A stretch of DNA of 64,000 bases from an uncultured Candidatus Poseidoniales archaeon (lineage in GTDB: Archaea > Thermoplasmatota > Poseidoniia > Poseidoniales > Thalassarchaeaceae). Below, one piece after another: positions 20,403-30,581 of this stretch. The stretch lies in the NCBI GenBank assembly GCA_902593945.1, contig CACJKA010000005.1, forward strand, positions 16,643 through 80,642. The letters run 5' to 3'. The position numbers and the translations under genes are program-made. Positions within the stretch are counted from its first letter, which is position 1, and the number at the start of each line of letters is the position of its first letter. The notes below the pieces were generated by a model, which had not been told where the DNA came from, did no database searches, and was given only the letters and a program-made list of their open reading frames with translations.

Positions 20403-21407
20403 TCAAAAATCAAATAATGTTGGTTGACTTTCGGACTTTAGTCTATTGGAATTAGCAAGTCTAGTGATTGCCCTTGAAATTCTCTTATCGCTAAAACCTC
20501 TAGATTTGGCGAACTGCGTAAGTTTTTCTTCATTTGATTTAGATGATTCTGGCAATCTTTGTGGGTGTACTGGATGATTTCTAAATAATTCTCTAATTTC
20601 TTCTAGATTCTCTGGTAAATCGAATCCTTTTTCGATTGAAACATTTTCCATTGTCCCATGCTTTTTAATTAACTTAAGGCCAGTTTTCGGCCCAATTCCT
20701 CTAATCCCTTCATGAAAATCAGTTCCTATCATTATTCCAAGGTCGACTAATTGTTCATAATTTATCCCATGCATTTCCAGCATTTCTTGTAATACTATTT
20801 TTTCAGCCTGTAATACTCTTCCGAATTTTCTTGTTCCATGAGATGTCAAATTTCTAATCATAACAGGCGCTCCATAAAGCAGCGTATCCCAATCTTGACT
20901 GGCTACAGCAAAAACTTCCTTATTTCTACATCTTACAGCAGCAGCGCCTTCTGCTTCCATCGGTGCTTCTAACCAGGTAACACCCAGACAATCAAACAAT
21001 TCTTTTGTTTCTGCAACCATTTCTCTAGTATATTCTGCGGTTTGCGGACCTAACTTCTTAGCTGCTGCTAGGTCCCCGGATTCAATTGCAGCTTCCCACT
21101 TAGAAACCGCATTTATTTTCCTTTCTTTCCTAGTACCCAATGTTTCCATCTTTAATTGATGAGGCTTACCATCAAAAACAAACACAGGATCTATCCCTTC
21201 TTCAATCATTATTGTTGCCCTATCTAAGAATCCCATTAAATGTGCTACTGGCTTTCCATTATACGATAATGGTTTCCCATCTTGGCCTGTTAGACTAGTA
21301 ATGAACTGGTAGGCATTAAGAAAAACATCTACAGCGACTTTTTCACCCTTTAGTTCATTTAAATCGATAGGCTGAGAAGGTGCTAGGTCTCTTAAATTAC
21401 AGCCCAT
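20403..21407 (-). CDS. fen: Flap endonuclease 1
   Basis: MGCNLRDL start, VAVDVFLNAYQF, PVFVFDGKP, EAPMEAEG, SQDWDTLLYG, GTDF..GIGPKTG and C-terminal PIP box QPTLFDF. The real start is 21407, not the track's 21695. Confidence 0.96.
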   Translation of the reverse strand: MGCNLRDLAPSQPIDLNELKGEKVAVDVFLNAYQFITSLTGQDGKPLSYNGKPVAHLMGFLDRATIMIEEGIDPVFVFDGKPHQLKMETLGTRKERKINAVSKWEAAIESGDLAAAKKLGPQTAEYTREMVAETKELFDCLGVTWLEAPMEAEGAAAVRCRNKEVFAVASQDWDTLLYGAPVMIRNLTSHGTRKFGRVLQAEKIVLQEMLEMHGINYEQLVDLGIMIGTDFHEGIRGIGPKTGLKLIKKHGTMENVSIEKGFDLPENLEEIRELFRNHPVHPQRLPESSKSNEEKLTQFAKSRGFSDKRISRAITRLANSNRLKSESQPTLFDF

Positions 21408-21495
21408 GGTTGTTCCGCTCCTCTGTTGATATGCTATGGCGGGCGTCGAGGCATTTAGGGTTGAAGTCCTACACGGGTGAAACATAGGTGTTGTT

Positions 21496-22632
21496 ATGTC
21501 ACAGAGTCTCCTTCTTGGAAGCGGCTGGCATCCACCTTTATTTCGTTCAGAAATTAATGCATTATTTGGGGATATGAAAGTATTACATCCGAGAATAGTT
21601 TTGCTTGAAGAATCAATAGATGAGATTTTCTTTTCTAGAATTTCTAGATCTGCTTTAGTTGATGACTTACTGCATTTCGGTGGACATTCCTTCAATTCAG
21701 ACTTTGAATCAATAGTTGATGAGATTTCTAATTGGTGTAAAGATAATCTACCTTCTGGAAGTTTTGCAGTAAGGAGTAAGAAACTAGGATCTGGTGTAGA
21801 AAATATATCTCGAAGAGACTTGGAAAAAGAAGTTGGTGCGAAACTATTTTCCGAAATAAATCCTGTAAATCTTCATAATCCTGACTTTGAAATTGTGATT
21901 ATCGTTGCCGGAGAAGTTGAAGGAGAAGTTCACAGGGATTCCCTTGAATTTGATTCTTGCATAGTTTGGGGGATTAGAGAGAATAATTGGGAAAAATCAG
22001 ATTATCTTGGCCGTCAACCAATGGAAAGGCCATTCTTTAAGCCAATTTCTCTCGAACCAAGATTAGCTAAATTATTAATTTCACTCGCTCATAAGAAAGG
22101 AAAAACTCCACAAAATTTTATTGATCCATTCTGTGGAACAGGAGGTATAGCAATAGAAGCTTTACTACAAGGAATGGACATATTTGTCAGCGATTTAGAT
22201 CCCACTATGGTTTATGGAGTTAAGAAGAATTTATCTTGGGCTAATGATGATGATGAGAATATAATAGAAGTTGAGAAATGCAGTGTAAAGAATATTGCTG
22301 ATTTATGGGGGGCAAAAGAGAATAGCATATTTGTCTTTGATCCACCCTATGGGAGAAATGCTTGGAAATCAGATGATGGCTTGGAATTATTTCTTTCTGC
22401 ACTTGAACAGGCGCTAAAGATAGACCCTGATTCAGTAATATCCACTATGTTGCCTGCTGGCGCCGAGTCACTTGAAAATAATCCCAATACTGATTACATT
22501 GTCATGGGTCGTCGTTGGAGCGAAATTGAAGAGGAAATCAACCAAAGAGGTTGGAGAGTAAATTTACGTTCTCCAGTAAAAGTCCACAAAAGTTTAGCAA
22601 GAATGGTCGTTGTTTGTCATCCGTTGCATTGA
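21496..22632 (+). CDS. THUMP-domain tRNA (guanine-N2) methyltransferase, Trm11/TrmG10-like
   Basis: THUMP-like SFAVR...VNLHNPD, RPFFKPISLEPRLA, DPFCGTGG and DPPYG motifs. Confidence 0.85.
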   Translation: MSQSLLLGSGWHPPLFRSEINALFGDMKVLHPRIVLLEESIDEIFFSRISRSALVDDLLHFGGHSFNSDFESIVDEISNWCKDNLPSGSFAVRSKKLGSGVENISRRDLEKEVGAKLFSEINPVNLHNPDFEIVIIVAGEVEGEVHRDSLEFDSCIVWGIRENNWEKSDYLGRQPMERPFFKPISLEPRLAKLLISLAHKKGKTPQNFIDPFCGTGGIAIEALLQGMDIFVSDLDPTMVYGVKKNLSWANDDDENIIEVEKCSVKNIADLWGAKENSIFVFDPPYGRNAWKSDDGLELFLSALEQALKIDPDSVISTMLPAGAESLENNPNTDYIVMGRRWSEIEEEINQRGWRVNLRSPVKVHKSLARMVVVCHPLH

Positions 22633-22662
22633 AATCAGATTACCCTTGCACATACAATTACT

Positions 22663-22737
22663 GGGCTGTTAGTTTAGTGGATAAAATGGGGCGCTTCGGA
22701 CGCCTTGCCCCGGGTTCGAATCCTGGACGGCCCACCA
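22663..22737 (+). tRNA. tRNA-Arg (TCG)
   Basis: Acceptor stem GGGCTGT/ACGGCCC, anticodon arm GGGCG-CTTCGGA-CGCCT, T-loop GTTCGAATC, encoded CCA. Confidence 0.9.
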
Positions 22738-22748
22738 TTAACTCAATT

Positions 22749-22979
22749 CTATTGCAAATCTTTGTCAATATTTTTTCTTTTCTTAATTTGTTTGAATAAC
22801 ACTCTTGAAAATACCATTGAGAATAATAGGAACAGCCACCAGGGAATTATCGTATTTTTATCAATAAAATAAGTTACTATTAGTATTCCGAAACCATAAA
22901 ATGCTCTGAATATTGAATATGCAATGAATGATTTAACAAGCTTATTATCAAGAAAACTCTGGATTTTTGAATCACTCAT
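22749..22979 (-). CDS. Small two-TM membrane protein
   Basis: ATG overlaps the ribD stop (TAATG); two hydrophobic segments and a basic tail. Confidence 0.6.
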   Translation of the reverse strand: MSDSKIQSFLDNKLVKSFIAYSIFRAFYGFGILIVTYFIDKNTIIPWWLFLLFSMVFSRVLFKQIKKRKNIDKDLQ

Positions 22980-24061
22980 TAGTTTCTCTCCCATTTAGTA
23001 ATAATATCATTACCTAATGTTATTTCTTCTTTCAAAACTAATCCTGCTTCTTCAAGATAACTTTTGTAGAAATAATCTTCATTTTGTGCATCTAATTCTA
23101 TATTCGAAATACAAAGATGAGCCGAATCTACTAGTTTTTGTTCCAAGAAACGCTTCCAAGTTTCTAACCCTCCTTCAACTAACAAAGTTTGGACCTCTAA
23201 ATCACCTAAACAATCTAGTATCTTTTCCACATCTATTTCCCCATTTTCTGAAGGTAAAACAATTCTATTTACATGGTCTCTATCATTGCTAGAGTCATAT
23301 TTCTTTGCATTAATTAGATATGTTTCAGCATCTGGAACTGCCATCAAGTGACAATCCATAGGAATCCGATTATTTGGATCAATTACCACTCTTTTTGGAG
23401 TTATGTCGGTGGTAGATTTTTCTTCACCCCTCACAGTTAATCTAGGATTATCTCTGATTACGGTGTTTACTCCTACAATTATTGCCATTGAATCTCTTCT
23501 TATTTCATGGACTAAACCTAATGATTCCTTTGATGAGAATCTAACGGCGGGTTTCCCCGGGTCACCATCTATTCTTCCATTATTGTCTGTAGCTGCCTTT
23601 AGTAGAACCTGTGGTCTTCTATGTTCGCACCAATGCATGAATCCTGACATCTGGTCATGGCATTCTTTCTCAAGTACACCAATCTCAATTTCAATACCTT
23701 CTTTTGACAGGGCTTCAACGCCTCCTCCTCTGACGGTAGGATTTGGATCTGCTACACCAATGATGACTTTTTTTACGCCTGCCCACATTAAAGCCTCGCT
23801 ACAAGGAGGAGTTCTACCAAAGTGATTACAAGGTTCTAGTGTGACATATGCAACAGAACCCTGAGTTTCGACACCTCTTGATTCAGCATCTGCAATTGCC
23901 ATTTGTTCTGCATGGAGTCCCCCAAGATGATCGTGCCAACCTTCAGCGATTATTTTTCCATCTCTAACTAATACGCATCCAACTAGCGGATTTGGACGAA
24001 CTGAAAAGCGTCCCTTTTCAGCTAATTCAATAGCTCGGCGCATGAAATCTTCGTCTTGCAT
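22979..24061 (-). CDS. ribD: Bifunctional riboflavin deaminase/reductase
   Basis: PNPLVGCV, HAE, VTLEPCNHFGRTPPC (Zn deaminase); GVNTVIRDNPRL and LLVEGG (reductase). Confidence 0.95.
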   Translation of the reverse strand: MQDEDFMRRAIELAEKGRFSVRPNPLVGCVLVRDGKIIAEGWHDHLGGLHAEQMAIADAESRGVETQGSVAYVTLEPCNHFGRTPPCSEALMWAGVKKVIIGVADPNPTVRGGGVEALSKEGIEIEIGVLEKECHDQMSGFMHWCEHRRPQVLLKAATDNNGRIDGDPGKPAVRFSSKESLGLVHEIRRDSMAIIVGVNTVIRDNPRLTVRGEEKSTTDITPKRVVIDPNNRIPMDCHLMAVPDAETYLINAKKYDSSNDRDHVNRIVLPSENGEIDVEKILDCLGDLEVQTLLVEGGLETWKRFLEQKLVDSAHLCISNIELDAQNEDYFYKSYLEEAGLVLKEEITLGNDIITKWERN

Positions 24062-24149
24062 ACGACTCCCTTACGACGTTCGAAGTATTCTTCATACAAG
24101 ATTCCTCGCTTTGCGAGCATTCAAGTCTCAAATCCCCGCTCGGATAATC

Positions 24150-25196
24150 ATGACACGTATTGCATGCATCCTTAATCCGAAAGCCCGAGACGGTTTATCG
24201 TTGAAACAATGGGACTTATTCCTTCCTGCTTTAGAAGAAGCAGGCTTTGATATTTCATTGCATAAAACAGAATATTCGGGACATGCTACGGAGATTTCCC
24301 ATAGTCTCGTTAATGAAGGCTATGAACTAGTAGTGGCGGTTGGAGGTGATGGAACAGTCCATGAGGTTGCCTCTGGTTTGAGAGGTTCAGAGACTCCTCT
24401 CGGCATTCTTCCAATTGGTAGTGGTAATGATTATGCAAGGGCGCATGGCATTCCTATTCCAAGGGGAAAAAAATTTCCTAGAATGAAAGAAGCAATAAAT
24501 ATTCTAAGTAATGGAATTGATCGAAGAGTTGGTGCAGTTAGAGTCGAAGGAAAACCTGCTATTGGCCACCATTCCATACCTGATCCACAACATCACTCAG
24601 TAGATGGTATACCAGAGAAAGAAGGAAACATGGTTCGTTGGAGTTTCTTAGAAGTCGATAGTGGAGTAACATCGGTAGTTAATAGGATGAAAAATGAAGG
24701 TAAATTCAAGTGGATTAGAGGGCAACTCAAGTATACTTTTCTAGGAATCAGCGCGGTTTTAGGGTGGAAAAAACAGAGTGGATGGATAAAAATCGAAGAT
24801 AATCCTGGTGAAGTAATTGAATTTTCAGGACTTTTCTGTCTTTCTCAATGTCAAACATTTGGAGGAGGATACAAAGTCACTCCGGGGGCATCTCCAATAC
24901 AATCTAAACCCTCTTTATTGCTAGCCTTTGGTCTTTCAAAAGTTCAAATGCTTTTGGTAATGGGTCCTTTACAAAAAGGGACCCATTTAGGAAAATGGGG
25001 TAAGATAAGTATGCAATCTGCAACCTCTCTTGAGGTTAAAGCTGTAGATTCTGAAAATCAACCAACAGATGAGAGTCATAATCCAACTATGTATGTAAAT
25101 GTTGATGGCGAGGCAGTTTTAACTACGCCAGTATCGATGAATTATCATGACAATCAAATTACTGTCCGCGGCGCTGCATCAATTCCTAATGAGTGA
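24150..25196 (+). CDS. Diacylglycerol/lipid kinase family protein (YegS-like)
   Basis: ILNPKA, VGGDGTVHEV, LPIGSGNDYAR, VDGE motifs. Start placed at ATG 24150. Confidence 0.9.
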   Translation: MTRIACILNPKARDGLSLKQWDLFLPALEEAGFDISLHKTEYSGHATEISHSLVNEGYELVVAVGGDGTVHEVASGLRGSETPLGILPIGSGNDYARAHGIPIPRGKKFPRMKEAINILSNGIDRRVGAVRVEGKPAIGHHSIPDPQHHSVDGIPEKEGNMVRWSFLEVDSGVTSVVNRMKNEGKFKWIRGQLKYTFLGISAVLGWKKQSGWIKIEDNPGEVIEFSGLFCLSQCQTFGGGYKVTPGASPIQSKPSLLLAFGLSKVQMLLVMGPLQKGTHLGKWGKISMQSATSLEVKAVDSENQPTDESHNPTMYVNVDGEAVLTTPVSMNYHDNQITVRGAASIPNE

Positions 25197-25199
25197 TAG

Positions 25200-25285
25200 T
25201 GGCGCCGAGAGAGGGATTTGAACCCCCGCGTCCAATGGACAGTGGATTTCAAATCCACCGCAATACCGGGCTATGCGATCTCGGC
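25200..25285 (-). tRNA. tRNA-Ser (TGA)
   Basis: Reverse strand reads GCCGAGA...GTGGA-TTTGAAA-TCCAC, long variable arm, GTTCAAATC, TCTCGGC-G-CCA. Confidence 0.93.
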
Positions 25286-25328
25286 CGCGCTCTATCGAAT
25301 CACTCATTAGAAATGAACTTTACAATCA

Positions 25329-25691
25329 TCAACTGTAAAATCCAGGTCTACACCATTCTGGCAATCCAGTGGTTGCTTCTGGGTGTGTTAATCCGATGAA
25401 TAGTATCATTACAATTATGAAAAATGCTGGAAATAGTGCTGTCAGAGTAAGGATCTTTGAATCTTCATCTCCCCATAAATGCATAAAAATTGCTGCAATC
25501 ATTATAAATTTTGGAAGCCCTATTCCTACTAATATTAACAATGTTAATTCTTTTTCTGTATAACTCAGTCCAGTTGTTTCAGGTGATAAATCTAGACCAA
25601 CAGCTGCTACTTCAATTAGAGTCAGAATCATCAATCCAAAAAAGTTCATCCAGTACAAATCTTTTCCCATTATTGTTTTGTGTTCTCCCAT
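25329..25691 (-). CDS. Cytochrome c oxidase subunit IV family protein
   Basis: LMILTLIEV and PKFIMIAAIFMHL motifs; last gene of the cox operon; GAGGTGA Shine-Dalgarno. Confidence 0.8.
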   Translation of the reverse strand: MGEHKTIMGKDLYWMNFFGLMILTLIEVAAVGLDLSPETTGLSYTEKELTLLILVGIGLPKFIMIAAIFMHLWGDEDSKILTLTALFPAFFIIVMILFIGLTHPEATTGLPEWCRPGFYS

Positions 25692-25701
25692 TTTTTTCAC
25701 C

Positions 25702-26769
25702 TCAATATAGATAGAAGAATGGGAATACTATCACCCAAACTAAGTCAACAAAGTGCCAGTAAAGACCGAAGTATTCGATAGATACCGCATTCTTTGGAGT
25801 GTAACCGCCTTTCCAAGCTTTGAGAGTCATATAGGTCAATCCCACAATTCCTCCAAAGACGTGAACACCGTGTGTTCCTGTCGTGACATAGAAAGTGGAT
25901 GCCCCGACAGTAATGTCCGCAAGCATTGTGGCACCGGTTTCTTCATCAACCCAATTATGGTGATGATAATGATCGGCATTAATCGTGTATCCTTCCGCTA
26001 CAAGCGATTTAATATCATGTTCATGAATGCCTAGGAAACTAATTTCTGGTACATAGAACCCAATAAACCATTCAATCATCTTAAGGGTCAAGAAAATTAC
26101 AGCTAAGAGCCATGTACTTGCTAAATATCTAGTTACAAGTTTCCTTCTCCTGCCTTCATCAATTTCTCCTACTGGCTTACTAGCATATCTTAGAGCTTGT
26201 ACTATTGTGAAGGAAGATACAATTAGAGCAAAGGTGTTTATCGCTCCAGGGGCGATATGCCACCATGAAGATGCGATTAAGTGACTTGCTGGTTCAAAGC
26301 AAATTAAAGCCTCTCCAGTTTCAAGAGTATATCCTTGCTCTACCCAATCTCCTCTCTCAAATACTGTTTGACAGTTTTCAATACCTGTCCTGTATCTGAT
26401 GTAAGTACTAAAAAGCGATGTGAAAACCATCATTTCCGACATTAAGAATACCCACATTCCTACTTTACGAATTTGAATATTTTTGAATGGCGTTCCAGTC
26501 GCCATAGGCTCATAAGTTCCATCAAAAGACATATCTTGTCTCCACCATATAATTAGCCCAAATAGAACTACTATTAAGCCAAACATTACTATTGGAATAT
26601 AACTTGCATCGAATACATCATTATTGAAAGCACTAGCAAGCATGAAGAGGAAAATTCCAAATCCAACACTCATGATTAATGGTGCCCATGAATTGTGTGG
26701 TGCACCATGATCCCAGTGATGTGGACCCCATGCGCTTGGATGGTGATGATCATCGTGCTGTCCGCTCAA
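25702..26769 (-). CDS. coxC: Cytochrome c oxidase subunit III
   Basis: GMWVFLMSE, TGTHGVHV, GLYWHFVDLVW motifs. Confidence 0.93.
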   Translation of the reverse strand: MSGQHDDHHHPSAWGPHHWDHGAPHNSWAPLIMSVGFGIFLFMLASAFNNDVFDASYIPIVMFGLIVVLFGLIIWWRQDMSFDGTYEPMATGTPFKNIQIRKVGMWVFLMSEMMVFTSLFSTYIRYRTGIENCQTVFERGDWVEQGYTLETGEALICFEPASHLIASSWWHIAPGAINTFALIVSSFTIVQALRYASKPVGEIDEGRRRKLVTRYLASTWLLAVIFLTLKMIEWFIGFYVPEISFLGIHEHDIKSLVAEGYTINADHYHHHNWVDEETGATMLADITVGASTFYVTTGTHGVHVFGGIVGLTYMTLKAWKGGYTPKNAVSIEYFGLYWHFVDLVWVIVFPFFYLY

Positions 26770-29141
26770 TTTGATCCCTCCTCTTTATCTGCAACCATGA
26801 GTCTACTGAACCATTCTGCAAGTTTACCTGGCTCATTTGCTATGTGTTCATTAGCATCTGTTAGAACAGGCAAGTCATGCCATTCTCCGTCTTCAAATCT
26901 ACCAAAAGAAGGAGTGGGTGGTGGCGATTCTGTCATCCATTCAAACGACCATCCACCCCATGGATCTGCAGGAGCATCTTTCCCTCTAACTACTGATATA
27001 ATTACATTAATAATTAACAAGAAGTTACTGAAGAAGAACAATATGGCAGAGACTGTAATGAACATATTCCAGCCAGCTGCTTCAGGAGGAAGTGCACCTA
27101 TGACTGCTTCAGTAATTACTTCGCCATCAACTCCTCTTACTTCATCAACTGATATAAAGTAGGTGTGATGTCTACGTGCCATACCCCAAACACCTAGTCT
27201 GTGCATAGGCCAGAATACCCCATTATAAGTTATGAACGCAGTTAGGAAATGTAAAACCCCAAGTCTTTCATCTAGCATCTTACCAGTCATTTTCGGGAAC
27301 CAATAATATACTCCACAGAACAGTCCAAAGACAGTTCCTCCGACCAAAACGTAGTGGAAGTGAGCGACTACGAAGTATGATTCATGGAAATGTAAATCCA
27401 TAGCCATACTCGGGAAGAACATACCTGAAATTCCTCCTAGTGTGAAGGTAACTAAGAATCCCAACGCCCAAAGCGTATGTGTTCGGTATACTAAGGAACC
27501 ACCATTCATTGTCATCAGCCAGTTGAATATCTTGATTCCGGTCGGAACAGCAACAAGCATCGTAGTTAACATTGTTACAAATCTAAGTGTTGGATCCATT
27601 CCAGAAGTAAACATGTGGTGTCCATAAACAATAAACGATACAACTCCGATACCTGCCATTGCATAGACCATTGAACGATATCCAAACACTGAGCGTCTAG
27701 CACTGGTTGCAATCACTTCTGATATAATTCCAAAAGCAGGAACAATCACAACGTAAACCTCAGGGTGGCCGAAATACCAGAATAAGTGGCTCCAAAGTAA
27801 AGGATCGCCTCCTGATGCGGCATCATAAAAGGCAGTCCCAATTACTCTATCTAAGTAAACTTGTATCAATCCTACTCCGAAAGCCGGAATTGATAAGAAC
27901 AGCATAAGATTTGCAATTAGAATAGACCAAGTAAACAAAGGCATATGCATCCAACCCATTCCCTCTGCTCGCATTACTGCTATGGTAGTTAGGAAGTTGA
28001 TACCAGTTAGTGTTGAAGATGCAACCAGTAATATCTGACCAGCAACCCACATAGTAGTTCCAGAATGAGCAGTTTCGCTAACGATATATGGTGCATAACC
28101 TGTCCAACCTGTGTCAGCCCCTGTACCAGTAAATACTCCGGTAAAAATCAGCATTGCTCCAACAGGTTGTAACCAGAAACTCATTGCATTTAGTCTTGGG
28201 AAAGCAAGATCAGGAGCACCAATTTGTAGCGGCACCATCCAATTGGCAGCCCCGTTAATTAGAGGCATTGCTGCTAAAAATATCATTGTGGTTCCATGTA
28301 GTGTGAAGAATTGGTTGTACTGATCTTGAGTTAAGAAATCATTTCCTGGCTCCATTAGTTGTATTCTAATTAGTATAGCCATAATTCCTCCTATTCCAAG
28401 GAAAAAGAAACCTGCTAAGAAATACAGAGTCCCAACTCTCTTATGGTCTGTTGTAGTTAACCAACCTGCAACCCAAGGTGCAAAGTTTTCCCAATCAAAT
28501 GAGTCTGGATTATTTTGATAGAATATGAATGTAAGAACCATTAATAATAGCACAAAACTAACTATAATCAATGTCGTTAATACAGTATATGGGTTTGCTT
28601 GTTCTAGTATAACAGTAGGTGAAGCGACTTGGATACTTAGTCGGTTCCATTCATCTCCACTTGTACCGCCTTCTGGACTTCCTGCATTACCATTTACAGA
28701 ATTAGCATGGAGAATAAATTCTACATTTCTATCATTTGATGGAGCAATCCAGTCAACAGTCCACATTGTTTGATCATTACCTGCATCTGTATGAGATACT
28801 TCATTTGGATTCCATGATTGAACTGATGCATCGCTTGGAGTTATCTCTCCATCACTTACCCAAAGATTGAATCCTCCTTGGTTGATATTAGATGGATCAG
28901 CAGGTCCTCCTGTGAAACCAATTGTTAGAGTATAAACTTCTGAATAGTTGTATATTTCAGGTAATCCATCTAATATTGGTACCACCGAATCACTGACAAC
29001 AGCGCCATGGCAATTACATCCAGAGTCTTTTACTCCAGCAACTCCGGTCGGTAAGGAAGTAGCTGAAGGAACTGCCACCATTCCCAATAGAAGAACGACA
29101 AAGATTACCAGAGTTCTAGATGCTATTTTTTCCTTATTCAT
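26766..29141 (-). CDS. coxA: Cytochrome c oxidase subunit I (A1 type) with an extra N-terminal extracellular domain
   Basis: TTDHKRVG, HGTTMIF, FGHPEVY, HHMF, VVAHFHY. About 210 aa of N-terminal extension with a signal peptide and GCNCHG. Confidence 0.95.
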   Translation of the reverse strand: MNKEKIASRTLVIFVVLLLGMVAVPSATSLPTGVAGVKDSGCNCHGAVVSDSVVPILDGLPEIYNYSEVYTLTIGFTGGPADPSNINQGGFNLWVSDGEITPSDASVQSWNPNEVSHTDAGNDQTMWTVDWIAPSNDRNVEFILHANSVNGNAGSPEGGTSGDEWNRLSIQVASPTVILEQANPYTVLTTLIIVSFVLLLMVLTFIFYQNNPDSFDWENFAPWVAGWLTTTDHKRVGTLYFLAGFFFLGIGGIMAILIRIQLMEPGNDFLTQDQYNQFFTLHGTTMIFLAAMPLINGAANWMVPLQIGAPDLAFPRLNAMSFWLQPVGAMLIFTGVFTGTGADTGWTGYAPYIVSETAHSGTTMWVAGQILLVASSTLTGINFLTTIAVMRAEGMGWMHMPLFTWSILIANLMLFLSIPAFGVGLIQVYLDRVIGTAFYDAASGGDPLLWSHLFWYFGHPEVYVVIVPAFGIISEVIATSARRSVFGYRSMVYAMAGIGVVSFIVYGHHMFTSGMDPTLRFVTMLTTMLVAVPTGIKIFNWLMTMNGGSLVYRTHTLWALGFLVTFTLGGISGMFFPSMAMDLHFHESYFVVAHFHYVLVGGTVFGLFCGVYYWFPKMTGKMLDERLGVLHFLTAFITYNGVFWPMHRLGVWGMARRHHTYFISVDEVRGVDGEVITEAVIGALPPEAAGWNMFITVSAILFFFSNFLLIINVIISVVRGKDAPADPWGGWSFEWMTESPPPTPSFGRFEDGEWHDLPVLTDANEHIANEPGKLAEWFSRLMVADKEEGSN

Positions 29142-29160
29142 TTTCTTTCCTCCTTTCTAA

Positions 29161-29916
29161 TTAACTATGTACCGAAACAACTGCAGCCATTAAAGAGTGT
29201 GCATCTCCGCAATATTCAGTGCATAGAATTAGTGAATCACCAACTTCTGTCATTGGCAACCACATGGTAGTTTTTTGATTTTGAAGAACATCTTCTTTGG
29301 TACTTAGTTGTAAGAACCATGGTGCATGAGTAACATCTTCAGATTCCATTACTAGTAAGTATGTTTCACCCGCTTTAAGGCTAATTACAGGTTGCATTCC
29401 ATAACCCTCAACCATTTGACTGGAGACCTCGCATAAGTCCGCACTTAGATTGTAATTTCTCTGACTAAACTCACTATTTACAGAAGGGTTACATTCGAAT
29501 GACCAAAACCACTGTTGGCCAGTCAATTCAATTACATGGTAACATTCAGAATTTACAAATCCAGTATCTTCGTAGAATATATTGTTTGAAGACTGCCCCT
29601 CTAGACATTCATCTCCTCTTGCTTCGCTACCGGGTGCAGCCCAAACATGATCTAATGGCGCCCACGAAATGTAAGTCAAGTAAATAATTAGTAGAAATGG
29701 CAAAACCGTCCAAGCCACTTCTAGTTTCAAATTATCATTATGTTTTGGAAACACACCGACAGTTAAATCATCCACATTATCCGCTTTTTCACCATCATTA
29801 GACCTATATGCAAATGAATGATGATATAGCCAACCGAAAGTAATAACTCCAACTAGTAAAGACCAAAGAATATACTCGTCCCAAAGAACGTCAAACAGAG
29901 GAGATGTCACAGCCAT
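29161..29916 (-). CDS. coxB: Cytochrome c oxidase subunit II
   Basis: LEVAWTVLP, GQQWFWSF, CuA ligands DVTH...CTEYCGDAHSLM. Confidence 0.92.
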   Translation of the reverse strand: MAVTSPLFDVLWDEYILWSLLVGVITFGWLYHHSFAYRSNDGEKADNVDDLTVGVFPKHNDNLKLEVAWTVLPFLLIIYLTYISWAPLDHVWAAPGSEARGDECLEGQSSNNIFYEDTGFVNSECYHVIELTGQQWFWSFECNPSVNSEFSQRNYNLSADLCEVSSQMVEGYGMQPVISLKAGETYLLVMESEDVTHAPWFLQLSTKEDVLQNQKTTMWLPMTEVGDSLILCTEYCGDAHSLMAAVVSVHS

Positions 29917-30106
29917 GGGTATCTCGTTTCAACGGGAATGAAACCCACTCATAAGTGTCGCGGATAACACACCTTACTAACCTGCTAGAAACAATCTTAA
30001 GAATAACTTCTAAACTAACTTTAACTAGGAATTAATGAAATGCAGCATTGCCTCGTTAAAAACCCTAAATTTACTCTTTCTCCTTTCGTGTTTTCAAGGT
30101 GTTAAT

Positions 30107-30577
30107 ATGGTTCGCAAAAAAAAACTTAGTATTAGGGAAGAAAGATTTTTTCTCGCCGCTAAAGCAATTAAAGAATCAATCAATCGTAATTTACCAATAG
30201 ATCAAGGAGGATTTAATTGCCCTATTCTTGTTGAAGGAATTAATGATGTTAAGTGCCTTAGATTATTAGGATTTTTAGGTATTATTGAAACAGTAAATAA
30301 GGGATGGGATAGATCAAGGATGGTTGCATATTTACATGAAACATATGGTTCGAAATTATCTATGGATGGTTTCCCTAGAATTATTTTATTGATGGACTGG
30401 GACAGGACAGGAGATATTCTTCAAAAATCATTTACAAATCGTTTAAATTCCATGGACATAAAAATAGATCATAGTTTACGAGATGTTCTATCAAAGCAAT
30501 TCAAATCGGAATGTAAAACAGTAGAAGCACTCAGTAGTTTTTCTGACCCATTATTAGATATGATTTCTCAGATTTAG
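30107..30577 (+). CDS. Small stand-alone TOPRIM-domain protein
   Basis: ILVEGINDVKCL and LLMDWDRTG (E plus DxD motif). Start placed at ATG 30107 after AAGGTG. Confidence 0.8.
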   Translation: MVRKKKLSIREERFFLAAKAIKESINRNLPIDQGGFNCPILVEGINDVKCLRLLGFLGIIETVNKGWDRSRMVAYLHETYGSKLSMDGFPRIILLMDWDRTGDILQKSFTNRLNSMDIKIDHSLRDVLSKQFKSECKTVEALSSFSDPLLDMISQI

Positions 30578-30581
30578 CAAT

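Noticed and set aside
21408..21695. N-terminal extension of FEN1 overlapping the methyltransferase gene
   Set aside because: Homology starts at MGCNLRDL (21407); the extension is a longest-ORF artefact. The same applies to the track starts at 36798, 39268, 24042 and 49234.
22551..22799. ORFs spanning tRNA genes (also 25193-25399, 53663-53897)
   Set aside because: They overlap clear tRNA cloverleafs and have no protein features.
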